Part shown: piece by piece, positions 13,669 through 24,296 of the stretch
Position numbering within the stretch: position 1 is the stretch's first letter
Layout: each line of letters opens with the position of its first letter
From: Eledone cirrhosa
Taxonomy: Eukaryota
DNA: 64,000 nt
Direction of reading: 5' to 3'
Assembly (NCBI GenBank): GCA_964016885.1
Contig: OZ024743.1
Span: forward strand, 51,460,001-51,524,000
Position numbers and translations under genes: made by a program
Notes under the pieces: generated by a model
Told to the model about the DNA's origin: nothing
The model's input: the letters and a program-made list of their open reading frames with translations, nothing else
Databases searched by the model: none

Positions 13669-13910
13669 TCACCTTACACCAACAAACAGATCTTTAAAGG
13701 TCATTTTTCAATATTGATTAGAACAAGGACAAATATTGTATTTTCTGGGTTGCTCTTTAATGTCCAATGGACAAAGCCAGGTTCAAGCAACTAAAGGCCC
13801 TAGACTAGAGAACATTTGGAGCCAACTAGCACCCACTTGCAAGAAACTTAATAATAATTAAAAGTATATGGATGTAACCCTATACATAGAATGATGCTGA
13901 GATTCTAGCA

Positions 13911-14102
13911 TTAACCCTTTAATGTTCAAACTGGCCAGAATTCTCTACCTCTTTCTGTTGAAACTGGCTGTAACTGGTCGCTCAAAATAAATACTTTCAA
14001 AATCTCATAGATTCGATATTATGTGAGATAATTATGCAAGGTAAATCTTTACCATGAAAATATAATAGTATATATAGAGTAATGTGAATGTTAAAGGGTT
14101 AA
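13911..14102 (-). mobile_element. piggyBac-type MITE (family 1), reverse copy
   Basis: ttaa|cccttt...aaaggg|ttaa; homologous to 20303-20550. Confidence 0.75.
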
Positions 14103-14229
14103 ACCATGCTATCCTCTAAAACAAGTGACCCCCACACACAAAAAAAGAAGAAATATATTTTAAAACAATTATAGTATACTAAATTTGGACAAAAATGTTT
14201 CATAGCATTATTTTGATGCATTTTAATAT

Positions 14230-14427
14230 GGAGGCACATGGCTTAGTGGTTAGAGCATTAGCCTTGCAATTGAAAGGTTGTGAGTTCAATTCTCAGACCG
14301 GGTGATGTGTTGTTTCCTTGAGCAAGATACTTTATTTCACATTGCTCCAGTTTACTCAGCTGTAGAAATGAGATGATAGGGACTGGGGTCCCTATCATTC
14401 CACTGCAAAGTGGTCGTGGAGTTGCCA
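14230..14427 (+). mobile_element. tRNA-derived SINE with a 3' hairpin (atgatagggac...gtccctatcat)
   Basis: A-box tggcttagtggttag, B-box gagttcaattc, body gtttccttgagcaagatactttatttcacattgctccag. Confidence 0.8.
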
Positions 14428-15165
14428 CGGCAAAAAAGCACCCAGCATTCACTATAAATGAGGTTGGTGTTAGGAAGGGCATCCAGCTGTAGAAATCAAG
14501 TCAGAATCAGTTCCCGTCCCACCCTTGCAAGCAGGGAAAAAGCGGATGTAAAATTAAATGAAATGATGATGTATGTGCAAGAGGCAATTCCCTAACCTGT
14601 CTAGTTATGACAGCCCATCCAACTCATGCCAGCATGGAAATCTGATGTAAAAGGATGATGATGATGGTGGTGGTGTAAAATGGGACAGGGGCCCCTCCAG
14701 ACTATGAGACCTTGAGCTGCACCGAACTTGTATTACTAATGGAACTGTCAAGATGGTCTGAAATATTCATGTCATCATGACTTGTTAAGGAGAATATAAT
14801 TGAACCAGATCTTTAAAACAACTGCATAGTTGGCATAACTGGCATGATGGATTTGTGAGTCATCTTACAAAACAGTTGATCAGTTAATTTTCACACTATA
14901 GATACTATATAGAAAAAGAGCTTCATCATCATCATCATTTTGACATCCGCTTCTCCACTCTTGTGTGAGACTAAACAACAACAACAGCAATGGTTAAAAC
15001 AAATAAACTAAAAACCCATGGATAACAAATAAAATTGAGCAAATCTATTAAACAAGTGAAGAATAATTAAATATAAAACACAAGACTCCAGACAACAGGA
15101 CCATTATGTCATTATGATGCGCCATATATACCTTCTCATATATGTAATCATCATCATTCTTGATT

Positions 15166-15392
15166 TACCCTTTAGCATTTATATTACTCTATATTTAGTA
15201 TTGTATTTTCACAGTAAAGGCTTTATCTTGCATAATTATCTTACATAACATTGAATCTATGAGATTTTGATGTTATTTACTTTGAGAATAATACCTTAAA
15301 GTCGGTATGAGCAGCCAGTTACAGTCGGTTTGAACAGAAAGAGGTGAGAGAATTCTGGCTGGATACGGCCGGTTTAAATGCTCAAGGGTTAA
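15166..15392 (+). mobile_element. piggyBac-type MITE (family 1)
   Basis: ccctttagcattt...aaatgctcaaggg|ttaa terminal inverted repeats. Confidence 0.75.
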
Positions 15393-16056
15393 CATATATT
15401 TTCCATGCATGGGTTAAACAGATTGTCAGTCTGGGGCTAAATTGGTCAGGCGACCATGTGTTGCTCATACATTTCATTTTCGTTTGGTTTCTATGGTTAG
15501 ATGCCCTTCATCCAGCCTCTTTACATGTACTGAGAGCATTTTAATGTAGCACCAGCTCTACCATTTTACAGAATAGATTGAGTGCTTTTTACCATTGCAC
15601 ATATACTGTATTTTTCCTGTATAAAGAAATTTTGAACTAACATTGAAAGTAAAAGGGGAGGGGGCTATTATACATGAGTACACATTAAAAAATGTTTTTT
15701 ACTCGCTTATAAAATAGTCATTTCAAATAGCAAGATTGCAAATATGTGTTCTTTAAAATCACGAGGAACTGAATATTGTAGTGAAATATGTGTGTGGGAT
15801 TGACATTTTGATGGTTAACATGGTACAAGTTTACAAAACAATTTACATAGACATGGCTGTATACTGGAGTCATTGGGGTCGATAAAATAAAGTACCAGTA
15901 ATGCACTGGGTAATTGATGACCTTGTGCCAAAAGTAGAAACAATTATTATACACAAGGATGTAATTTATTCCTGTTTTTAACTTCAGACACAGTAGTCAT
16001 ATCATACTCAAGTTGTTATATACACAAAGAAATATGTATGTGTGTGTGTATGTGTG

Positions 16057-16095
<39 letters not shown>

Positions 16096-16096
<1 letters not shown>

Positions 16097-16282
16097 TATA
16101 AAAGAGAAATAAACACAGATATATAAACATATGTGTTCAAATCGTAAGGGACCAGGATCGCTAGGCTGAAAAAAATACTAACTATAACCATTAGGGTTAG
16201 TATTTTTTTCAGCCTAGCGATCCTGGTCCCTTACGATTTGAACACATATGTCTATATATCTGTGTTTATTTCTCTTTTATAT
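16096..16282. repeat. Near-perfect palindrome, ~87-bp arms, 13-nt loop
   Basis: 16096-16182 is the reverse complement of 16196-16282 with one mismatch. Confidence 0.95.
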
Positions 16283-16467
16283 TCAATTATAATATACGGC
16301 TCTGAAAAATCTCTTTCCTTGGGCTATTTAATTGTAAGAGACTATTTTGAGTTTCTAACTCAATATATACCTTTTATATATATATATTTATATTTATATA
16401 TTTATATTTATATATATATATTTATATATTTATATATTTATATTTATATATTTATATATATATATTT

Positions 16468-16571
16468 ACCAGTAAGACTCCGACGGCTGAGCTCAAGCTG
16501 TTTCGACGGCTAATTCTGGACTGAATTAGCCGTCGAAACGGCTTGAGCTCAGCCGTCAGGGTCTTACTGGT
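16468..16571. repeat. GC-rich palindrome, 49-bp arms, 6-nt loop, containing a hammerhead-like GAAAC...GTC half
   Basis: 16468-16516 vs 16523-16571, three mismatches. Confidence 0.9.
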
Positions 16572-16684
16572 GCCTATTACCCACTCTACTACCCTATATA
16601 TTTATATTTATTTATATTTATATATATATATTTATATATATTTATATTTATTTATATATATATATTTATATTTATATATATTTA

Positions 16685-17664
16685 TCATCATCATCATCAT
16701 CAACGTTTAACGTCCGTGTTCCACGCTTGCATGGGTTTGGACGGGGGTAGTCCCACTTGAGGCAAGAGTGATTGTCTTGCTCGCATAGGACTGTCTGGCA
16801 GGTTTTCTACAGTTGGATGCCCTTCCTAACACCAACCACATTTACAGTGTGGGTCTGGGAGGTTTTTACCGTGTTGCCTACACGGCCACATTACAGCGTG
16901 GACTGTGTGTTTTTTTTGTCGTGACACCTACACGATCTCATTTGTTTCGGCCTGGATGGTGTGGCACCAACATAACTTTACATAGAACGGGGTGGTGTGG
17001 ATGGGGTGGTGGTGGTGGTGGTGGGACGGGGGGGGGGGGATTTTGTTAGAGATGCCTACTGGCTGTAGTAGGTTTTACTATGTATTTAGGTAAGGCGGGT
17101 CTTCTCTGTTACTGAGTACCGCCAAAGGTCTCGGTCCAGTGACATTGTCTTGGAGAGGTGTAAGTGTGTGAGGTCGGAGTTTATCAGCTCGTCCCAGGTT
17201 TTTCTAGGTCTGCCTATTCCATGGCTACCGTCTATCTTTATTGCCCTGCACTTTGTTATACAGCTATCGACTTTCATGCGCATCACGTGTCCATACCAAC
17301 GTAGCCTTCTCTCGAGTAAACAACATCTGATCCCTCTTATTTCTAATTTTTTCCTTAGTTCGTTTATGCTTTGCCGTTCACGTATATTACTGTTACACAT
17401 CCAGCGGAGCATGCAAGCTTCGTTCCTCTCTAGTCTGCGTATATCCTCTGCACACAATGCCCAGGTCTCAATGCCATGCAACATTGCTGTTCGTATGCAG
17501 GCATCGTACAACCTGCCTTTCATTTTTAGGGAGAACCCTTTAGCAGCTAATAGTGGTATAAGCTCTCTGAACTTTTTCCAACCAGTTCTGACTCTAGCTA
17601 CTGTACTTTCAGAGCACCCTCCCCCACTGCTGATTTTATCACCCAGGTAACGGAAACTGTCCAT
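16685..17664 (-). mobile_element. RTE family B (young subfamily), 5'-truncated
   Basis: Open ORF 17086-17664 (FRYLGD...RLRWYGHV...), 3' UTR and (TGA)n tail; flanked by (TA)n. Confidence 0.92.
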
Positions 17665-17981
17665 ATATTTATATATATTTATATATATTTATATATATAT
17701 ATATATTTATATATATATTTATATATATATATTTATATATATATATTTATATATATATATTTATATATATATATTTATATATATATATATTTATATATAT
17801 ATATATTTATATATATATATTTATATATATATATTTATATATATATTTATATATATATATATTTATATATTTATATATTTATATTTATATATATATATAT
17901 TTATATATATATATTTATATATATATATAAATATATATATATAAATATATATATATTTATATATATATATATTTATATATA

Positions 17982-18198
17982 TCATCATCATCATCATCGT
18001 TTAACGTCCATGTTCCACGCTTGCATGGGTTTGGACGTTAGTTTTCCCACTTGAGGCAAGAGTGGTTGTCTTGCTCGCATAGGACTGTCTGGCGGGTTTT
18101 CTACAGCTGGATGCCCTTCCTAACACCAACCACATTTACAGCGTGGGACTGGGAGGTTTTTACCGTGTTGCCTACACGGCCACATTACAGCGTGGACT
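17982..18198 (-). mobile_element. Family B 3' UTR-only fragment in a TA-rich tract
   Basis: Homologous to 16685-16905. Confidence 0.85.
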
Positions 18199-18497
18199 AT
18201 ATATATATTTATATATATATATATTTATATTTATTTATATATATATATTTATTTATATATATTTATTTACTTATATATATATATTTATTTATATATATTT
18301 ATTTATTTATATATATATATTTATTTATATATATTTATTTATATATATATATATTTATTTATATATATATATTTATTTATATATATATATATATTTATTT
18401 ATATATATATTTATTTATATATATATATTTATTTATATATATATTTATTTATATATATATATATTTATTTATATATATATATATTTATTTATATATG

Positions 18498-18982
18498 CAG
18501 ACCTAGAAAAACCTGGGACGAACTGATAAACTCCGACCTCACACACTTACACCTCTCCAAGACAATGTCACTGGACCGAGACCTTTGGCGGTACTCAGTA
18601 ACAGAGAAGACCCGCCTTGCCAGTAGGCATCTCTAACAAAATACACCCCGTCCCACCACCACCACCCCCACCCCATCCACACCACCCCGTTCTATGTAAA
18701 GTTATGTTGGTGCCGCGCCATCCAGGCCGAAACAAATGAGATCGTGTAGGTGTCACGACAAAAAAACACACAGTCCACGCTGTAATGTGGCCGTGTAGGC
18801 AACACGGTAAAAACCTCCCAGACCCACACTGTAAATGTGGTTGGTGTTAGGAAGGGCATCCAACTGTAGAAAACCTGCCAGACAGTCCTATGCGAGCAAG
18901 ACAATCACTCTTGCCTCAAGTGGGACTACCCCCGTCCAAACCCATGCAAGCGTGGAACACGGACGTTAAACGTTGATGATGA
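18498..18982 (+). mobile_element. RTE family B (young subfamily), 5'-truncated, inverted relative to the 16685-17664 copy
   Basis: Near-identical reverse complement of ~16700-17212, with a ~28-bp deletion. Confidence 0.9.
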
Positions 18983-19040
18983 TATATTTATTTATATATA
19001 TATATATTTATTTATATATATATATATATTTATTTATATA

Positions 19041-19071
<31 letters not shown>

Positions 19072-19494
19072 TTATTTATATATTTATTTATTTATATATA
19101 TATATATATTTATTTATATATATATTTATTTAATATTTATATATATATATTTATATATATATATTTATTTATATATATATTTATTTAATATTTATATATA
19201 TATATTTATATATATTTATATTTATATATATAGCCATTCACTGGGATTTTATTGAATATCTCTACTAACTATGTACCTAAAACATACATCATGAGTACTA
19301 CCCTGGTTTGTGGTCTACCCAGTCTTTTTACTGAAAACACTTCATATGTACACACACACACATATATATATTAACACTTCACACAAAGTAAAATATTTCG
19401 TTTTAATCATTTTCTAACCCAGAAAAAAAGAGAAAAAATAAAAAGGAAAAAAAAAAAATTTTTCTTCCTAATAATCGTCTTTTTCTCCGTTTTT

Positions 19495-19549
<55 letters not shown>

Positions 19550-19736
19550 GCCATTATGATGTGTTATATATCCTCTCATTAATATATAGACAATATACAA
19601 ATGCTTGACAAACAAGATTCACCAGAAATATCGAAAACTTAAACATGAATAGGCATGTCATAAACCAGTAATGTCAGAAATTATCTTCTGTATACCATTT
19701 CTTAATTGTATAGCAACTAATAATTGTAAAAAATGT

Positions 19737-20240
19737 CATCATCATCATCATCAACATTTTACGTCCATTTTCCAAGCTTGCATGGGTCTTCTCCAACATA
19801 ACTTACCTTCTCTTGTTGCTTTCCTTGAACCTCACAAATGTTCTCACAAATGTTCTGCATTTTGAGATCAGCTCTCACTTCTACCCATGTCTTCCTTGGT
19901 CTTTCTCTTCTACAGTCTACCTCCAGTTGTATTCCTTCATCATCTCCTATGTGAATTCTAGTGTTTTGAGATCATGTTTTACCCATTCTGCTCAAATGTT
20001 CCTCTATTGCTGATTTCTTCCACTTGGCACTTCTTAACCCAACAATAATGATCCATACACATTGCCTATCCATATCAACACAGTATTCTATCTTACAGAC
20101 CACATGTGATTCATTTTATACCTAGTATATTGCTCATCCAGGTTTCATTGTTCATGAACATTGTACATCCACCAGAGCCTGCTTGTTTTATTTCTCTCCA
20201 CCTTTTGCATATCCTCTACATTCACTGCAAATTTACATGA
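19737..20240 (-). mobile_element. Highly decayed RTE 3' fragment
   Basis: (CAT)n tail plus ttttacgtccattttccaagcttgcatggg; weak downstream similarity. Confidence 0.5.
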
Positions 20241-20302
20241 AATTTATGATGGTGGTAAACATAATCCTTTCTCGACCATATTTCCAAGGAAATAGACTAT
20301 AT

Positions 20303-20550
20303 TTAACCCTTTAGAATTTAAATTACTCTATATTTACTATTGTATTTTTTCCTCAGTAAACATTTTATTTCATATAATTATCTCACATAATTATCATTAT
20401 TAATAATATCGAATCTATGAGACTTTGATATTATTTATTTTGAGAACAATACCTTAACATAAGTATGAGCAGCCAAGTATGGCCAGTTTCAACAGAAAGA
20501 GGTGAGAGAATTCTGGCCGGATACGGCTGGTTTAAATGCTAAAGGGTTAA
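20303..20550 (+). mobile_element. piggyBac-type MITE (family 1) with TTAA target sites
   Basis: ttaa|ccctttagaatttaaa...tttaaatgctaaaggg|ttaa. TTAA TSD with CCC...GGG ends is characteristic of piggyBac. Confidence 0.85.
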
Positions 20551-20604
20551 ATTAAGGAAGACTTTAGAAGGGTTTCTTTACAGAGATAGTATGTGTAACA
20601 TATC

Positions 20605-21331
20605 TTAACCCTTTAGCTATTACTCTATATTTACTATTGTATTTTCATGGTAAAGTCTTTACTTCACATAATATCTCGCATAACATTTACATTAATCTAT
20701 ATATACTATTGTATTTTCATGGTAAAGTCTTTACCTCACATAATATCTCACATACCATTTACATTACTCTATATATACTATTGTATTTTCATGGTAAAGT
20801 CTTTACCTCACATAATATCTCACATACCATTTACATTACTCTATATATACTATTGTATTTTCATGGTAAAGTCTTTACCTCACATAATATCTCACATAAC
20901 ATTTACATTACTCTATATTTACTATTGTATTTTCATGGTAAAGTCTTTACCTCACATAATATCTCGCATAACATTTACATTACTCTATATGTACTATTGT
21001 ATTTTCACAGTAAAGTCTTTACCTCACATAATATCTCACATACCATTTACATTACTCTATATATACTATTGTATTTTCGCAGTAAAGGCTTTACCTCACA
21101 TAATATCTCACATAATATTTACATTACTCTATATTTACTATTGTATTTTCATGGTAAAGTCTTTACCTCACATAATATCTCACATAATATCGAATCTATG
21201 AGATTTTGATATTATTTATTTTGAGAACAATACCTTAACATCAGTATGAGTGGTCAGTTACAGCCAGTTTGAACAGAAAGAGGTGAGAGAATTCTGGTGT
21301 GATACAGCCGGTTTAAATGCTAAAGGGTTAA
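20605..21331 (+). mobile_element. piggyBac-type MITE (family 1) with an internal 72-bp unit expanded about 8 times
   Basis: Same termini as 20303-20550; 24-aa periodicity in ORF 20637-21209. Confidence 0.85.
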
Positions 21332-22319
21332 ATGATTCTTATAAAAAATTATGTTGGAAGGTTTTAATTTAATTAGGAACTCTTTTAGACATAGTATATC
21401 TAGAATACATTATCAAATATAAACTTTTTTTTTTGTTTGAAGAGGGTCGAATGTGATATAAAGGACATTTAGCTGCTGTTTTACTTGTGCTCTAAGTTCA
21501 AATCCTTCTGGGTTGATAAAGTACTAGTTTAGGGTGGAAGATTGATTGAATTGTTAAAGAGTAGGTTAGGATGTTTGGCAGTGTCTGATTCAGCTCTATG
21601 GGTTCTGAGTTCAAATTCTGCTTCCTTTGCCTAGAGTTGTGACTGGGAGACAGTATCAACAATGGAAAACCCAATGGAAACAGTTTCATCATCTCGTAAT
21701 TGGATCTTTTTCTTTTACTAACAGATTCAGCAACTATGTTGAGACGTCACATATTAGGTTATTAATACCTCTCAATAGTGAGGTATCACCAAGATATACC
21801 TGATAACTATTAATACTTGATACCTGAATACATCTATTGCTACATGGAAACCTTTATCAATACCTGATCACATCTCTTAATTTCACTGATATCAAATATT
21901 TTTGAGTAATTGAAATATTTTTTGACTAAATTTTAGTAAGCAGCAACTTGTTTCTTACCCACACTCTCTCTCATATATATTTTGTGTGGGTGTGTGTTCG
22001 TATATGTGTGTCTGCATATAACAAAAGTAAGAAAGAAATATGTTGTTTGCCTCATTAAACCAGGCTGAGAAATGGATTGAAAATAGAATTACACTCTCCC
22101 ACTCTACTACCCTAAGTATTGAGTACTCTGGTGCATTATGGTCCATCTGGTTCCTTACCACAATTCCTTTGTTATATATATATATATATAAAATGGAAAG
22201 TAAAATTCTATTTTCAAACCATTTTCCAGCTTCATCTAATGAGACAAATGACATGTGTGTGTGTGTGTGTATATATATAACCCATGCTAGCGTGGAAGAT
22301 AGACATTAAACGATGATGA

Positions 22320-22356
<37 letters not shown>

Positions 22357-22530
22357 ATATATACGCAAACAATAGAAATGTAACATTAATGCAAAATTAA
22401 TTGGAAGAACAACCACTGCTAGCACAATGAACATCACAGTGGTGGAGGTAGAGCAGGTGTATAATGGGAAAACAACTTTGGTATTGTGGAAGATCTGTCC
22501 AACTCTCTCTCTGTATATATATATATATAT

Positions 22531-24222
22531 ATCATCATCATCATCATCATCATTTTACGTCCGCTCTTCCCTGCTTGCAAGGGTGGGACGGGTTTTATTC
22601 AGCACAGCATCTCTCCACTCGTCACGGTCCCTCGTCATCTCCACCGTGAGCTTCAATGATCTGAGGTCTGTTCTCACCACCTCCGCCCATGTTTTTCGTG
22701 GTCTACCTCTACCACGTCTTCCTTCAACTGGCATTTTCTGGCACTTCTTCACCCATCGGTCATCCTCCATGCGCATCACATGTCCATACCACCTCAGTCT
22801 CCTCTCCCGTACACTACATTCTATCCCTCTCAGACACAGTTTCTCTCTCAACACATTTATGCTGGGTCGTTCACGCACATTTACACTGCACATCCAACGG
22901 AGCATGCTTGCCTCATTTCTCTCCAGCCGTCGCATATCTTCTGCGGTAGCTGCCCATGTCACACTACCATGCAGCATCGCGCTCCTCACACAGGCATCAT
23001 ACAACCGGCCTTTCGTACGCAGGGAGAAACCCTTCTTCGTCAACAGAGGAAGCAGCTCCCTAAACTTCTTCCAACCCGTCCTTATTCTAGATACTATGGC
23101 CTCGGAACACCCTCCTCCCATGCTAATCTGATCTCCTAGGTACCGGAAGCTATCCACCACTTCTATAGCGCCCTCTCGCATTTGAAAAATGTGTCTATCA
23201 GTGCGACTTCTACTGTCTAATTTCCCTGTACATCTACTGCATACATATTTCTCCCTACCTGTTAGTTTGCCTGCTATCCCGCTACATCTCTTGTGTACCC
23301 AGGACCTACATTGTGTGCATTTTATAGAATTTATGCCAGTTCCTTTTCTGCATATCGAACATGGCCATTTCCCTGACGGAATCAGGGTTTTGTCCTCTTT
23401 TCTACTCATCAACACTTTTGTCTTAGCTAGATTTACTCTCAGTCCTCTTGCTTCCAACTGCTGTTTCCATAGCCGGAATTTATTCTCTAGCTCCTCTACT
23501 GATTCTGCCATAAGAGCCAGATCGTCAGCATAGAGAAGTTCCCATGGACAGCCAGTCTTAAACTCCTCTGTTATGGCTTGGAGGACTATAATGAACAAGA
23601 GCGGGCTGAGGACCGAACCCTGATGTACTCCTACTTGTATCTGGAATTCCTCACTAAACTCCATTCCTACCCTGACTTTACTGAGAGTACCTCTGTACAA
23701 AGTTTGCACTGTCCTTACAAGCCATTCCTCAACACCCAGCTTCCTTAGGGACCACCAGATGACAGATCGGGGTACCCTATCAAAGGCCTTCTCTAGGTCA
23801 ACAAAGGCTAAGTATAGTGGCTTATTCTTCTCTAAGAACCTCTCTTGCATTTGTCTCACCAAGAAGAGGGCATCTGTTGTACTCTTCCCAGGCACAAAAC
23901 CAAACTGCATCTCATCTAGTTTGACCCTTTCTCTAATTAGTTGTGCTAAAATCCTTTCTGCCACTTTCATAACCTGATCTATCAGTTTTATACCCCTATA
24001 ATTGCTCCTCTCCAAAGCATCCCCTTTACCTTTGTAGCAATTTATGAGAATACTGCTGCACCAGTCTTTGGGTATGACACCACCATATATAGCCTGATTG
24101 ATTATGCGTGCAACCAGTTTAGTGCCTACGTCCCCTGATGCCTTCAGCATCTCAGCAACTATTCCCGATGGTCCGGCCGCCTTACCATTCTTCATTTCCC
24201 TAATCGCCTCTTGGACCCTATA
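22531..24222 (-). mobile_element. RTE family A, young 5'-truncated copy inserted in (TA)n
   Basis: (TCA)n tail at 22531-22553; uninterrupted frame; (TA)n on both sides. Confidence 0.97.
22555..24219 (-). CDS. RTE reverse transcriptase ORF remnant (RT, Cys/His-rich region and C-terminus; no endonuclease, no native start)
   Basis: About 555 open codons containing GKAAGPSG, NYRGIKL, QFGF, FVDLEKAFD, GVHQGSVLSPLLF, YADD and FRYLG. The listed N-terminus (MIYIYI...) is read-through of (TA)n. Confidence 0.85.
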   Translation of the reverse strand, partial: RVQEAIREMKNGKAAGPSGIVAEMLKASGDVGTKLVARIINQAIYGGVIPKDWCSSILINCYKGKGDALERSNYRGIKLIDQVMKVAERILAQLIRERVKLDEMQFGFVPGKSTTDALFLVRQMQERFLEKNKPLYLAFVDLEKAFDRVPRSVIWWSLRKLGVEEWLVRTVQTLYRGTLSKVRVGMEFSEEFQIQVGVHQGSVLSPLLFIIVLQAITEEFKTGCPWELLYADDLALMAESVEELENKFRLWKQQLEARGLRVNLAKTKVLMSRKEDKTLIPSGKWPCSICRKGTGINSIKCTQCRSWVHKRCSGIAGKLTGREKYVCSRCTGKLDSRSRTDRHIFQMREGAIEVVDSFRYLGDQISMGGGCSEAIVSRIRTGWKKFRELLPLLTKKGFSLRTKGRLYDACVRSAMLHGSVTWAATAEDMRRLERNEASMLRWMCSVNVRERPSINVLREKLCLRGIECSVRERRLRWYGHVMRMEDDRWVKKCQKMPVEGRRGRGRPRKTWAEVVRTDLRSLKLTVEMTRDRDEWRDAVLNKTRPTLASREERT

Positions 24223-24230
24223 TATATATA

Positions 24231-24281
<51 letters not shown>

Positions 24282-24296
24282 ATATATATATATATA

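Noticed and set aside
14230-14300. tRNA gene
   Set aside because: A and B boxes are present but continue into a SINE body found in several copies; no full cloverleaf.
16179-16200. TAACTATAAC (start of an I-CeuI site) and TTAGGGTTAG (telomeric) in the hairpin loop
   Set aside because: Matches of only 10 bp, expected by chance.
21700-21765. tactaacag branch/acceptor-like signal
   Set aside because: No convincing donor or recognisable peptide.
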